DNA from: Gammaproteobacteria bacterium
GTDB taxonomy: Bacteria > Pseudomonadota > Gammaproteobacteria > CAJXQU01
Length of the DNA: 64,000 nucleotides
Reading direction: 5' to 3'
Assembly: GCA_045110495.1 (NCBI GenBank)
Contig: JBGCGE010000010.1
Location: forward strand, 69,376 to 133,375
Under the pieces are notes generated by a model. That model saw only the letters and a program-made list of their open reading frames with translations, made no database searches and was not told the origin of the DNA. The translations under genes and the position numbers were made by a program. Shown in pieces: positions 52,601-61,819 of this stretch (its first letter is position 1; every line of letters begins with the position of its first letter).

Positions 52601-52988
52601 GGACATTTTTGAACAGTTGGGGCACACCTTATTACTAGTTGATGAAGATAATGAAACATTGAGTCGCACTGGGATGATGCTTGCGAACGAAGGTTATCAA
52701 ATATTGATGGCTAATAGTGCAGAACATGCATTAAATCTACTGGCAAAGCACACTGTTGGAGTCGTGGTTTGTGAGGCAGTTGTAAGGCAAATTCAAGGTG
52801 ACGAATTGCTTGAGAAGATCAAAAGTTTATATCCAGAAACAACCTGTGTATTACAGATGGGTTCGACTGATCGTAAAACAACGACGCTAGAAAAAGAATC
52901 CGTTGTTATCTCCAAGTTTATTACTAAGCCAATATCAGAGCTCGAATTCAAGGACCTGCTCCGAAAAAGTTTTAATCCTGATCTTTAA
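49674..52988 (+). CDS. CHASE2 sensor - PAS - degenerate GGDEF - EAL - pseudo-receiver signalling protein (likely a c-di-GMP phosphodiesterase)
   Basis: CHASE2 N-terminus (LVTIDDRSVDQLGRWPWPR). The GGDEF position reads RIEDANFVV. The EAL domain is intact (EALIRW, DDFGADYSS). The C-terminal REC-like domain has Cys at the phospho-acceptor position (VGVVVCEAV). Confidence 0.8.
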   Translation: MKPDLDRTGKILLGLFLILITAILNYSHLTQKLDNFMFDSHLNFWSRAASEDIVLVTIDDRSVDQLGRWPWPRRFHAKLLEALEDSKAVSLDIIFSENDTNDSEGDQILAKAISKHGKIVLPVALTTVSSEILKEGVPVLSELKSLPVFDREAAGRGHVDVELEDGISRSIFLKGGMNIPTVSALPLAMIELYDQIEIPGQRNTKLEIAKKDRDKIERINRSAENNLAENKWIKNKWVRDYRILLPFPENPQHFKKISYIDALDHQFDRNIFTDKWVLVGMDVTGLSDRIPTPVTHSAQSMAGVEFEAHVLDILLNDLSIQPLNDHQNFLLSLPFLIALVLLLHFFRAEKSWLATLLPVLAIIMCCLLLSRSGFLGTHFWFRPGSALVALFIGYILLHRQQLAGFLFFLRQEKEHAEVALSTVSNAVVITDNLGSVAFMNPVAERLTGYAFKEVRGQPLSDVVQFQDHNGEPSQIDLFAKSQSTQDTVDLPENYFLKQQSGRLLAVKANAKPFAGDEKENTGVVVAFDQENLQQLQTTDVIDTLTGLPASSLLNDRLKHAISIASRTKRLIAVLYLDIDNFKKITDGVSTKNVESLLKEAASRLTARGRSCDTVARIEDANFVVVLENLEDVDSVASVAMSLLDVLGEPFRIMDRAISVERNIGISIYPKDGLDADTLKKNALIAMHRARKSQKENTPQFRFYSQEMNKTTLNQMLSKKDLRTALTEDNFELYYQPRLDLRTGKIVTVEALIRWRRKTEDGEELLLPGSFIPLAERCGLISEIGSWVLETACLQAKKWQETGFQHPRMAINLSDRQFLQHDLLDTIARVLDKLALEPQLLELEISESTLLRNADRCIEILKEFRAVGGKVSIDDFGADYSSLSYLESFPVDTLKIDKVFIDDVLLEKEHQAITLAVISMAHSLNLRVVAQGVEAKPQFDFLRGKGCDELQGDYFSKPLSAFEMTKMLEKNQDIELEDIFEQLGHTLLLVDEDNETLSRTGMMLANEGYQILMANSAEHALNLLAKHTVGVVVCEAVVRQIQGDELLEKIKSLYPETTCVLQMGSTDRKTTTLEKESVVISKFITKPISELEFKDLLRKSFNPDL

Positions 52989-53115
52989 ATTCCCCTTATT
53001 AACGTAAAGTAAAGTACGTCCATTCTAGAAAATTCACTTAACTCACTGATAGTTGTAGTCACGTCAAATACTTATAAACATCAAGAGTGTCAAAGTGTTA
53101 AATAGGGAATATATA

Positions 53116-53161
53116 GCACAATATATAGTTGAAAAAATACTGCAAACACAATATATTGTGC
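53116..53161. promoter_or_regulatory. Two tandem NrdR boxes upstream of nrdJ
   Basis: gCACAATATATAGTtG at 53116-53131 and ACACAATATATTGTGc at 53146-53161, centre-to-centre 30 bp. Both match the NrdR palindrome acaCwATATaTwGTGt. Confidence 0.55.
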
Positions 53162-53256
53162 TTTAACAGGCGTTGGGGAGAAATCGGCGTCGTTTATCTG
53201 AAAGTGCTGTTCTGTGCTTTTACGTGGACTATAATAAAACAATGAAAGGGGAAAGT

Positions 53257-55410
53257 ATGGAATCTGCATCTGTTGTTATCGTTTCCGACGAACAAGGGGG
53301 GGTTGATCTACAGCCTGCATCACTCGATATCTGGGATAAGAAATATCGCCTGAAAACGAAAGAGGGAGTCGCTGTTGATCAAGATATCGATGCAACTTAT
53401 CGGCGTGTCGCTAAGGCACTTTCAGATGTAGAAGAGACGTCAGAAAAACAAACGTTCTGGCACGAGAAATTTCTTTGGGCATTACGCCATGGTGCGATAC
53501 CCGCGGGTCGAATAACTTCTAATGCTGGTGCTCAAGCCTACAAGCCCGCAACCTCAACAATAAACTGTACCGTATCTGGTGTAGTTCGTGATTCTATGGA
53601 CGATATTCTCAATAAGGTGCATGAAGCGGGTTTAACCCTGAAAGCCGGTTGTGGTATTGGTTATGAGTTTTCCACTTTGCGACCTAAAGGAGCTTATGTT
53701 TCTGGAGCTGGTGCCTATACATCTGGACCACTGTCTTTCATGGATATCTACGACAAAATGTGTTTTACCGTCTCTTCAGCAGGTGGTCGTCGTGGCGCGC
53801 AGATGGCGACGTTTGATGTCGGCCATCCTGATGTTCTTGACTTTATTCGTGCGAAACGCGAAGACGGTCGTTTACGACAGTTCAATTTGTCTTTATTGAT
53901 CACTGACGATTTCATGCAAGCCGTAAAAAGTGATTCGCAATGGAAATTAGCATTTCCTCTGGATGATAAAGAAGTTGAGCAAGATGGAATTGATCTACAC
54001 GATCAAAAAGAAGTGATCTGGCGCGAGTGGCCAACGCATAAAGGCTACATCGTTAATGAAACAGGTAAAGTTGCCTGCAAGATCTATAAAACAATTCCTG
54101 CTCGACGACTTTGGGATGCGATCATGTCATCTACTTATGATTATGCCGAGCCAGGTTTTATTTTGATCGATAAATACAATGAAATGAATAATAACTGGTT
54201 CTGCGAAAATATTCGTGCGACCAACCCATGTGGTGAACAAGGGCTGCCACCTTATGGAGCATGTTTACTTGGTTCGATCAACCTGACAACTTTTGTTTCT
54301 GATCCGTTTACTGACAAAGCTGCATTTGATTGGGAAACTTTCCATTCAGTAGTTCGTGTTTTTACACGTATGCTAGATAATGTCGTAGAAATTAATGGCC
54401 TGCCACTTGAAAAACAGCGCGATGAAATTGAGCGCAAGCGTCGACACGGTATGGGTTATCTTGGCCTGGGCTCAACATTAACTATGCTAAAACAGAAGTA
54501 CGGCAGCGATGAATCTCTAGTATTCACCGAACGCGTCAGTCGTGAGCTAGCCATGGCCGGATGGAAAGAGGCACTAAGCCTGGCTGAAGAAAAAGGCCCC
54601 GCACCAGTGATGGAAGAAGACTTCGAAGTCACTACTGAAATGCTCAGTCGCCGACCAGAAATGATCGACGATGGATTCAAAATTGGTGACAGCGTTAAAG
54701 GCAAAGTACTGCATGCGAAATATAGTCGTTATATGCAACGTGTCGCGAAGGAAGATCCTGAACTAGTCAAGCAACTAGCCGAAGTGGGCGCTCGCTTTAC
54801 ACACCACAGTTCTATCGCACCGACAGGAACAATTTCCTTATCATTAGCGAATAATGCCAGCAATGGAATTGAGCCGAGTTTTGCACATCACTACTCACGT
54901 AATGTTATTCGTGAAAATAAAAAGACTAAAGAAAAGGTTGATGTTTTTTCATATGAACTATTGGCTTATCGTACTTTGGTCAATCCTAAAGCGATGCCTT
55001 TCTCTGAAAATCCAGAAGAACAATTGCCGGATTATTTCATTAGTGCAGATTCTGTAGTGCCGAAACAACACGTCGATATTCAAGCAGCGTCGCAAAAATG
55101 GATTGACTCTTCTATTTCGAAAACAGCCAATGTGCCGACGGACTTCGCTTTTGAAGAATTCAAAGACATTTACGAATATGCCTATGATAAAGGGTTGAAA
55201 GGTTGTACAACCTTCCGTTTCAATCCAGAAGTTTTCCAGGGTGTGTTGGTCAAAGAAACAGATCTGGAAAACACCACCTATCGTTTCTCACTGGAAAATG
55301 GTGACGTGATTGAAGCAAAAGGTAATGAAGAGATCGAATACGATGGAGAAATGCATACCGCTGCAAATCTGTTCGATGCACTTAAAGAAGGCTATTACGG
55401 TAAATTCTAA
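53257..55410 (+). CDS. nrdJ: Class II (adenosylcobalamin-dependent) ribonucleotide reductase, large N-terminal polypeptide
   Basis: RNR class II catalytic core (NPCGEQ active-site Cys region). The ATG at 53257 is preceded by AAAGGGGAA. Confidence 0.85.
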   Translation: MESASVVIVSDEQGGVDLQPASLDIWDKKYRLKTKEGVAVDQDIDATYRRVAKALSDVEETSEKQTFWHEKFLWALRHGAIPAGRITSNAGAQAYKPATSTINCTVSGVVRDSMDDILNKVHEAGLTLKAGCGIGYEFSTLRPKGAYVSGAGAYTSGPLSFMDIYDKMCFTVSSAGGRRGAQMATFDVGHPDVLDFIRAKREDGRLRQFNLSLLITDDFMQAVKSDSQWKLAFPLDDKEVEQDGIDLHDQKEVIWREWPTHKGYIVNETGKVACKIYKTIPARRLWDAIMSSTYDYAEPGFILIDKYNEMNNNWFCENIRATNPCGEQGLPPYGACLLGSINLTTFVSDPFTDKAAFDWETFHSVVRVFTRMLDNVVEINGLPLEKQRDEIERKRRHGMGYLGLGSTLTMLKQKYGSDESLVFTERVSRELAMAGWKEALSLAEEKGPAPVMEEDFEVTTEMLSRRPEMIDDGFKIGDSVKGKVLHAKYSRYMQRVAKEDPELVKQLAEVGARFTHHSSIAPTGTISLSLANNASNGIEPSFAHHYSRNVIRENKKTKEKVDVFSYELLAYRTLVNPKAMPFSENPEEQLPDYFISADSVVPKQHVDIQAASQKWIDSSISKTANVPTDFAFEEFKDIYEYAYDKGLKGCTTFRFNPEVFQGVLVKETDLENTTYRFSLENGDVIEAKGNEEIEYDGEMHTAANLFDALKEGYYGKF

Positions 55411-56105
55411 TGACGATTAAAATAGACAATAAAATTGTAGGTTACAAAGTTTTAAAAGAAAATGACGAAGCTTCTGAGGTAGAAGAAGCGTCTGAGCTTG
55501 AAGATAAGCAGGAAGATAACGTTGTGCAAATGCATGAAAAAGTTGAACGGCCAGATATGCTTGTGGGTTCAACCTACAAGATCAAAACGCCATTAAGCGA
55601 TCACGCACTTTATATTACAGTAAATGACATCCTTCTAAACCCAGGTACAGAGCACGAACTGCGTCGTCCATTTGAAGTGTTTATCAATTCAAAAAGTATG
55701 GATCATTTTCAATGGATTGTCGCATTAACCCGGATTATCTCAGCGGTTTTCCGTAAGGGCGGTGATGTTACATTCTTAGTTGAAGAATTACGATCCGTTT
55801 TTGATCCAAGCGGTGGTTATTTCAAACCCGGTGGTAAGTTTATGCCATCGTTAGTTGCAGAGATTGGTGACGTTCTGGAAAACCACATGCGTTCAATTGG
55901 TTTGATCAAGGACACCGGGCCAGATAAACATCAAAAAAAAATGATCGAAGAAAAAAGGGCAGAACTAAAACAGTCACAAAGCAGTGACGATGAGGGAGAG
56001 TTTCCACCCAGTGCAACGCTGTGTAGTAAATGTAATACAAAAGCGATGATTCAGATGGACAATTGTCTTACCTGTCTGAATTGTGGCGAGTCAAAATGCG
56101 GTTAA
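55410..56105 (+). CDS. nrdJb: Class II RNR C-terminal polypeptide (NrdJb-like) with a terminal Cys4 zinc ribbon
   Basis: 231 aa ending CSKCNTKAMIQMDNCLTCLNCGESKCG. Its start overlaps the nrdJa stop, as in the split Pseudomonas nrdJa/nrdJb arrangement. Confidence 0.7.
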   Translation: MTIKIDNKIVGYKVLKENDEASEVEEASELEDKQEDNVVQMHEKVERPDMLVGSTYKIKTPLSDHALYITVNDILLNPGTEHELRRPFEVFINSKSMDHFQWIVALTRIISAVFRKGGDVTFLVEELRSVFDPSGGYFKPGGKFMPSLVAEIGDVLENHMRSIGLIKDTGPDKHQKKMIEEKRAELKQSQSSDDEGEFPPSATLCSKCNTKAMIQMDNCLTCLNCGESKCG

Positions 56106-56267
56106 CAGATGCCTGTTTTGGATCGTCAGTGAATTACTTTTATTTTTTTGAAAGCAATTTCTGACGATCATTCTTTTTAAAAAGGCTGATCATAAATATC
56201 TCATAAACTAATTTTCAAGTTGTTAAATTCATCAAGCAAAAAAGCGTGTTGTTGATAAAGTTTATTT

Positions 56268-58181
56268 ATGAAAACCATTTATGTTTTTGCTTTTGTTTTT
56301 CTTTTATTTTTAATCTTTTTCTCATCTTACTTTTTTGTCGATGAACCTTGTTTAGAATTAGATCAAGGGCTACGGGTTTGTGCTGCCAGCGATATTGCGA
56401 AGATCACTCGAACTGGAAAAATACCTTTCGAAGTTGATGCCCTAGATATTTCAAAAGGAGAATTGATTCTTGATGCTGCCCGTAATGAAACTATCGCTTT
56501 TCAGCTTCTTTTAAAAACTAAAAATCCAGAACTAACCACAGAAGTAAAAGTCAGCGTTGATGATTTTATTGGATCAAAAAACACAACTATTAATTCAGAT
56601 AAAAATGTGCGTCTTTTCAAAGCGCATTACCACTGGGTTGAGTTTGGTGGATACAATTGGGGAACGAAAAGTGAGGTGTTGGATTGGCCTGACAACTATC
56701 CTGATGCGTTAATTCCATTATCTGAAACCTGTTCAAATTTTGATCGAGTTTCCGATCAGAATAATAAAGAAATTTCTTCTAATACTATTTCTATTCCTGA
56801 AGAGAAAAATGAAAACCAATCAGTCTGGATCGATATTTTCATTCCAAAAGATCAACCGTCCGGCGAGTATAAAACGACTATAAAAATTCAGTCAGGAGAG
56901 TTTATTAAAACGATTCCTTTAACAGTCAAAGTTTGGGACGTGACTCTACCCGATAAACCAACAATCGAAGCCGTTGGTGAATTATATGACAGTTATAAGC
57001 AAGAAGGATTAGGTAGAGATTTTACTCAAGGGCAATGGAAACAAATGTCGCATTGTTATCAACAGATGGCGCATAGACATCGTATGGTTTTTATTGAGCG
57101 TCTTTCGGTAAAACAAGATCAGAGCTGGCAAGAATACAATAAAATTTATGATCCAATTTTGAATGGTAGTTTATTCACAGAACAATATGGATATGTTGGC
57201 CCAGGAATAAACACACCTGTTTCAATATGGCGCACACCTTGGCCACAAAATTATAATGCCAGAGTTGCTAAACCTATAGCTGATCAGAAGATAGTAAGTT
57301 ATGAACATTTAGCTAAAAGTTGGTTAAAAAATATTGAGAAAAAAAAGTGGGATCAAACTGATTTTTTTGCTTATATTTTCGATGAAGTCGATGGTGCAAC
57401 TGATGAAGATGAGCTAGGTGATGTAGGTGATGATTATATTGAGATGGTGCACCAACAAATGGATCGTGTACAAAAAGCAATCGATAAAGGCATGCAAGAA
57501 TCTAAAAACAATAAATCTATAGATTTAATCTGGACCAGCCATACAGATCCGCAGACATGGGAAGGAATTGACAATGAAGATCTAAAAGATGTTATTCGTT
57601 TATGGTCACCAAGCGCGAATAGCGCAAATGTTGATTATTTAACCAAACGCAAAAGCGAGGGCAATAAGATCTGGTTTTATCACAGCGGCCATCCAGCGGT
57701 TGGAATTCATAGTATTAATACTTCTGGAATTGAGATGAGAACCTGGGGAGTAATCACGGCAAAATATAATTTCGACGGTCATTTTATGTGGGCTTTAAAT
57801 TTATCAGATCAAGAACAACCGTTTCGTTATCCGAGTTATAAAAAAGACGATGACCGGTTTGGAAATGGAACGATGGTTTATGCCGGGAATAAACTGGATA
57901 CGATCGGAATCGAATCGAATCCAGGACCAATTCCAACCATGCGTCTAAAAGCCTGGCGGCGTGGTTTGCAAGATGCAGAGTTGATTTATCTTGCCAGAAA
58001 AGCAGGTTACGAAAAGGAAGTTAATCTATTGATAGAAGAATTAATCCCTGCCGCTTTATCTGAAGGTAAGGGAAGCGCTAACTGGTCTGATAATCCACAA
58101 GACTGGATAAAATTTCATCGCGATTTATTGAACTTGGCTTCTGATAAAACCAACAAAAAAATAGCTGAAAAGTATGATTAA
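56268..58181 (+). CDS. Large secreted hypothetical protein (637 aa)
   Basis: N-terminal signal/TM (FAFVFLLFLIFFSSYFF), no motif I can assign, AT-rich. Confidence 0.4.
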   Translation: MKTIYVFAFVFLLFLIFFSSYFFVDEPCLELDQGLRVCAASDIAKITRTGKIPFEVDALDISKGELILDAARNETIAFQLLLKTKNPELTTEVKVSVDDFIGSKNTTINSDKNVRLFKAHYHWVEFGGYNWGTKSEVLDWPDNYPDALIPLSETCSNFDRVSDQNNKEISSNTISIPEEKNENQSVWIDIFIPKDQPSGEYKTTIKIQSGEFIKTIPLTVKVWDVTLPDKPTIEAVGELYDSYKQEGLGRDFTQGQWKQMSHCYQQMAHRHRMVFIERLSVKQDQSWQEYNKIYDPILNGSLFTEQYGYVGPGINTPVSIWRTPWPQNYNARVAKPIADQKIVSYEHLAKSWLKNIEKKKWDQTDFFAYIFDEVDGATDEDELGDVGDDYIEMVHQQMDRVQKAIDKGMQESKNNKSIDLIWTSHTDPQTWEGIDNEDLKDVIRLWSPSANSANVDYLTKRKSEGNKIWFYHSGHPAVGIHSINTSGIEMRTWGVITAKYNFDGHFMWALNLSDQEQPFRYPSYKKDDDRFGNGTMVYAGNKLDTIGIESNPGPIPTMRLKAWRRGLQDAELIYLARKAGYEKEVNLLIEELIPAALSEGKGSANWSDNPQDWIKFHRDLLNLASDKTNKKIAEKYD

Positions 58182-58237
58182 TAAAAAAGGCACATAACGT
58201 ACCTTTTTATTTGCATTTAAAATTAATGTTTAGTTAT

Positions 58238-59161
58238 TTATTCTATAATTTTTGAAATAATTTCTTCAAGTTTTTCATCCGCGAGCTCATTTTTGATCTG
58301 ACATGTACCCGCATTTAGATGGCCGCCGCCGGCGTACTCCAGGCAAAGCTCACCAATATTAATATCAGAAGATCGATCGATAATGGACTTGCCAATTGCA
58401 AACACAGTGTTTTGTTGTTTTAGGCCCCACATAACATGAATAGAAATATTGGTTTCAGGGAACAATGCATAAATCATAAAACGATTGACTGCATAAATGG
58501 TTTTTTCTTTTCGTAGATCAAGCACCACCAAATCGTTATGAACTGTAGAGCAACGTTGGATCTGTTCTTTTGCTTTTTCTTCATGATGTTTGAAAAGTGT
58601 AACTCGTTCCTGAATATCAGGTAACTCCATGATTTCATCAATTGAAAGTGTTTTACACAAGTCGATAAGATCCATCATTAATTGATAGTTAGAAATCCTG
58701 AAATCATGGAAACGGCCAAGGCCTGTACGAGCATCCATTAGAAAGTTAAGCAAGGGCCAACCTTCAGGATTTAATATTTCTTCCTTACTAAATTGTGCAG
58801 CATCACCTTTATCAACTGCAGCCATCATTTCTTGCCAGCCTTCAGGGAAGCGATCATTTCCACCATAATAGTCATAAACAACACGAGCGGCGGAGGGTGC
58901 ATCTGGGTTAATGATGTGATTTTCTTTCTTACCGTTTCGAACAGTTTCACTCAAATGATGATCAAAAGCGATATGAACCCCTTCAACATAAGGTAGATTA
59001 GTCGTAATGTCATTATCGGTGATATTAACCTTACCATCCTGCATGTCTTTGGGATGTACGAATTTTATTTCATTAATAATATCCAATTCTTTAAGAAGCA
59101 CTGCACAAACGAGCCCATCAAAGTCGCTTCTTGTTACTAATCTAAAATTCGCATCAGTCAT
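58238..59161 (-). CDS. nrnA: DHH/DHHA1 phosphoesterase, NrnA-like (nanoRNase / pAp phosphatase)
   Basis: DFDGLVCAVLL (DHH motif I), AFDHHLSE (DHH), and a C-terminal GGGH (YAGGGHLNAG). Start taken at MTDANF. Confidence 0.55.
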   Translation of the reverse strand: MTDANFRLVTRSDFDGLVCAVLLKELDIINEIKFVHPKDMQDGKVNITDNDITTNLPYVEGVHIAFDHHLSETVRNGKKENHIINPDAPSAARVVYDYYGGNDRFPEGWQEMMAAVDKGDAAQFSKEEILNPEGWPLLNFLMDARTGLGRFHDFRISNYQLMMDLIDLCKTLSIDEIMELPDIQERVTLFKHHEEKAKEQIQRCSTVHNDLVVLDLRKEKTIYAVNRFMIYALFPETNISIHVMWGLKQQNTVFAIGKSIIDRSSDINIGELCLEYAGGGHLNAGTCQIKNELADEKLEEIISKIIE

Positions 59162-59342
59162 GTCTAATCTCCAGAAATTGTTTTGTTCCTTATTCAAACT
59201 TTATCGACGGGAAATGGGTAATCTTTAGTAAAAGATCAACCAATTAGTCCTTTATGATCGATCAAATTATTACTGATCTGACGCTTACAGATCTGTAGAA
59301 TAACGGACAGATATAAAACATAGTCTTCAGGGATCAAAAGTA

Positions 59343-59846
59343 ATGGAAAAGAAATTCGAAAATATTCTCTACTTATCACGCTGGTTACTAGCACCGATCT
59401 ATTTTGGATTAAGCTTGGCTTTACTCGCTTTATCAATAAAGTTTTTCCAGGAAATCGTGCATACACTGCCGCACATTTTTGAAATTAAAGAGACAGACTT
59501 AGTGCTATTAGTGCTTTCTTTAGTCGATATTTCACTTGTTGGCGGTTTGCTAGTAATGGTTATGTTTAGTGGTTACGAAAACTTCGTTTCACAGATCGAT
59601 ATTGAAGATGGAAAAAAAAATCTCAGCTGGCTAGGCAAACTTGATTCCGGCTCACTTAAGCAAAAAGTAGCTGCTTCAATAGTCGCCATTTCATCTATTC
59701 ATTTACTAAAAGCATTTATGGATGCAGAACAAATCGATAATGATAAGCTGATGTGGTACGTGATTATGCATATGACGTTCGTATTCTCAGCTATTGGAAT
59801 GGCATTTGTGGACAAGATGAATAGTAAGGTTAAGGTAGGCTATTGA
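59343..59846 (+). CDS. yqhA: UPF0114 family inner-membrane protein YqhA
   Basis: [27 protein letters not shown]...[19 protein letters not shown] is near-identical in pattern to E. coli YqhA. Confidence 0.8.
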   Translation: MEKKFENILYLSRWLLAPIYFGLSLALLALSIKFFQEIVHTLPHIFEIKETDLVLLVLSLVDISLVGGLLVMVMFSGYENFVSQIDIEDGKKNLSWLGKLDSGSLKQKVAASIVAISSIHLLKAFMDAEQIDNDKLMWYVIMHMTFVFSAIGMAFVDKMNSKVKVGY

Positions 59847-59857
59847 GATGGAACCAC

Positions 59858-59881
59858 AGGTCTGATTTTGTACTCAGACCT
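59858..59881. terminator. Hairpin after yqhA (aggtctga-ttttgtac-tcagacct); no clear U-tract
   Basis: 8-bp perfect inverted repeat 12 nt after the stop. Confidence 0.3.
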
Positions 59882-59933
59882 GGATGTTGAGGTCCAGTTA
59901 AACGGTACTTAATACTAAAGTTTAAGGGATATT

Positions 59934-60410
59934 TTAAAACGGAATATCATCATCAAAATCATCAATTTGTGGCGCGGAAGATGATGGTGCTTGTTGTTGC
60001 TGAGGGGCCTGATTTGTTGCCTGGCTGGGTGCATTTTGATGAGCGGGTTCGAAATTAGCTGAAGATCCACCTTTGCTATCAAGCATTTGCATCTCGTTGC
60101 CGACGATTTCTGTGGTGTAGCGATCCTGGCCATCTTTGTCTTGCCATTTGCGGGTTTGCAATCGACCTTCAACATAAAGTTTTGATCCTTTATGTACATA
60201 TTGTTGGACGATTTCTGCCAGCTTTCCAAAGAAGACGACGCGATGCCATTCAGTTTTTTCTTGTTGTTCACCGGTTGATTTATCGCGCCATGTTTCACTG
60301 GTGGCCATATTGATATTTGCCATCGCACTGCCGCTGGACGTATAGCGTACTTCGGGTTCAGCTCCGAGATTGCCGATGATCATTACTTTGTTGAGTCCTC
60401 TGGAAGCCAT
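59934..60410 (-). CDS. ssb: Single-stranded DNA-binding protein
   Basis: OB-fold N-terminus ([20 protein letters not shown]), Gln/Pro-rich linker, C-terminal DDDIPF. Confidence 0.9.
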   Translation of the reverse strand: MASRGLNKVMIIGNLGAEPEVRYTSSGSAMANINMATSETWRDKSTGEQQEKTEWHRVVFFGKLAEIVQQYVHKGSKLYVEGRLQTRKWQDKDGQDRYTTEIVGNEMQMLDSKGGSSANFEPAHQNAPSQATNQAPQQQQAPSSSAPQIDDFDDDIPF

Positions 60411-60532
60411 GTTATTTCCTCTTTGAGCTTTTAATTTTTATTATGGATTTAAATCCAATTATTCGTGTTTTATGTCTTGGTTAACGATACCGTTTTTTAA
60501 GCGACACGTCACTATTCTTGTGATTACAAAGC

Positions 60533-61744
60533 TTAGTGTTTTGCAGGTGTAATCTGCATTGGGACAATGATCGCAATCCAGATAATGATCAAAATTGCAT
60601 TAACTAAAAATACATTTCCAATTCCGACTTCGCCATATAACCATCCGCCCATTGTTCCGCCGATAAAGGCACCGAAAAACTGCGAAGTCGAGTAGACACC
60701 AAGAGCGGCACCTTTTCTTTCGGATGGTGCGGTTCTGGAAACCAGTGAAGGTAATGTCGCTTCGAGATAATTAAAGGCGGTAAAAAAAGCCAGCATCATA
60801 GCGGAAAGCCAGATTGTGGATGTGTAGCCTTTCCAAAGTCCGAGTTCGGCGAATGCTAATAAAATAGTTGCACCAATAAAGATTGGTTTGGCCAGGTTCT
60901 TTTGCGCGTTTTGTTTTTCTGCTAATCGAATGAATGGGATCATAAATACCAGTGAAAGTAGCATGACGGGTAAGTAGGTTTTCCAATGTTGTGCAGAATC
61001 TAAGCCGGCATAATCGCGCAACGCAAGTGGTAGCACAACGAAACTGGCGGTCAGGACTAAATGTAAGATCAGAATACTAATATCCAGTCTTAAAAGTTCT
61101 GGATTTTTCAGAACCGCCAGAAAATTTTTCTTTTCGGGATCTGATTCAATTTCTTTTTGGTCCACATCATGAACATTAGGCACCCAGACAAAAAGTACGC
61201 CAATGGCCAGCAAACCAAGTAAAGCGGCCATCCAGAAAAGGCCATCAAGCCCAAGCCAGATATCCAGAACGGGTCCAGCAATGAACGACAATGTAAAAGC
61301 CATTCCAATGGTCACACCAATAATCGCCATGGTTTTTGTGCGCTGACTTTCGCGGGTTAGATCAGAAGCTAATGCCATCACTGCTGCGGCGATTGCGCCT
61401 GCGCCTTGTAGTGCGCGACCGAGGATTAGAATATAAATATCATCTGATAAGGCGGCGATCACACTGCCGAATGCAAAAATAAGTAAGCCAATGGCGATAA
61501 CCGGTTTACGCCCAAAACGATCAGAAAATATACCGAACGGGATTTGCAACATGGCTTGAGTCAGCCCATAAATACCAATAGCGAGGCCGATCAAAAGTGG
61601 TGTCGCGCCCGACATTGCTTCGGTGTACAAAGATAAAACAGGCAAAAGCATGAATAGGCCAAACATGCGTAAAAAGTAGATCAGTGCAAGCGAGGTGGCA
61701 GATCTGAGCTCAAGTGGCGTCATTTTTTGTTTATTTTTATTCAT
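60533..61744 (-). CDS. MFS transporter
   Basis: 12 TM helices and an MFS motif (GIFSDRFGRKP). Start at Met-35 of the track ORF (MNKNKQK). Confidence 0.7.
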   Translation of the reverse strand: MNKNKQKMTPLELRSATSLALIYFLRMFGLFMLLPVLSLYTEAMSGATPLLIGLAIGIYGLTQAMLQIPFGIFSDRFGRKPVIAIGLLIFAFGSVIAALSDDIYILILGRALQGAGAIAAAVMALASDLTRESQRTKTMAIIGVTIGMAFTLSFIAGPVLDIWLGLDGLFWMAALLGLLAIGVLFVWVPNVHDVDQKEIESDPEKKNFLAVLKNPELLRLDISILILHLVLTASFVVLPLALRDYAGLDSAQHWKTYLPVMLLSLVFMIPFIRLAEKQNAQKNLAKPIFIGATILLAFAELGLWKGYTSTIWLSAMMLAFFTAFNYLEATLPSLVSRTAPSERKGAALGVYSTSQFFGAFIGGTMGGWLYGEVGIGNVFLVNAILIIIWIAIIVPMQITPAKH

Positions 61745-61819
61745 GCCATGTATTTCTGAAACATCCTTGCGTAAAAACGAGTATATTAACAGGTTGCTTC
61801 CAATTCGATTAAGGAAATA

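Noticed and set aside
57900-57925. tRNA T-arm-like string (ggaatcgaatcgaatcc)
   Set aside because: It lies inside a CDS, is a simple pentamer repeat, and has no acceptor or anticodon arms around it. Not a tRNA.
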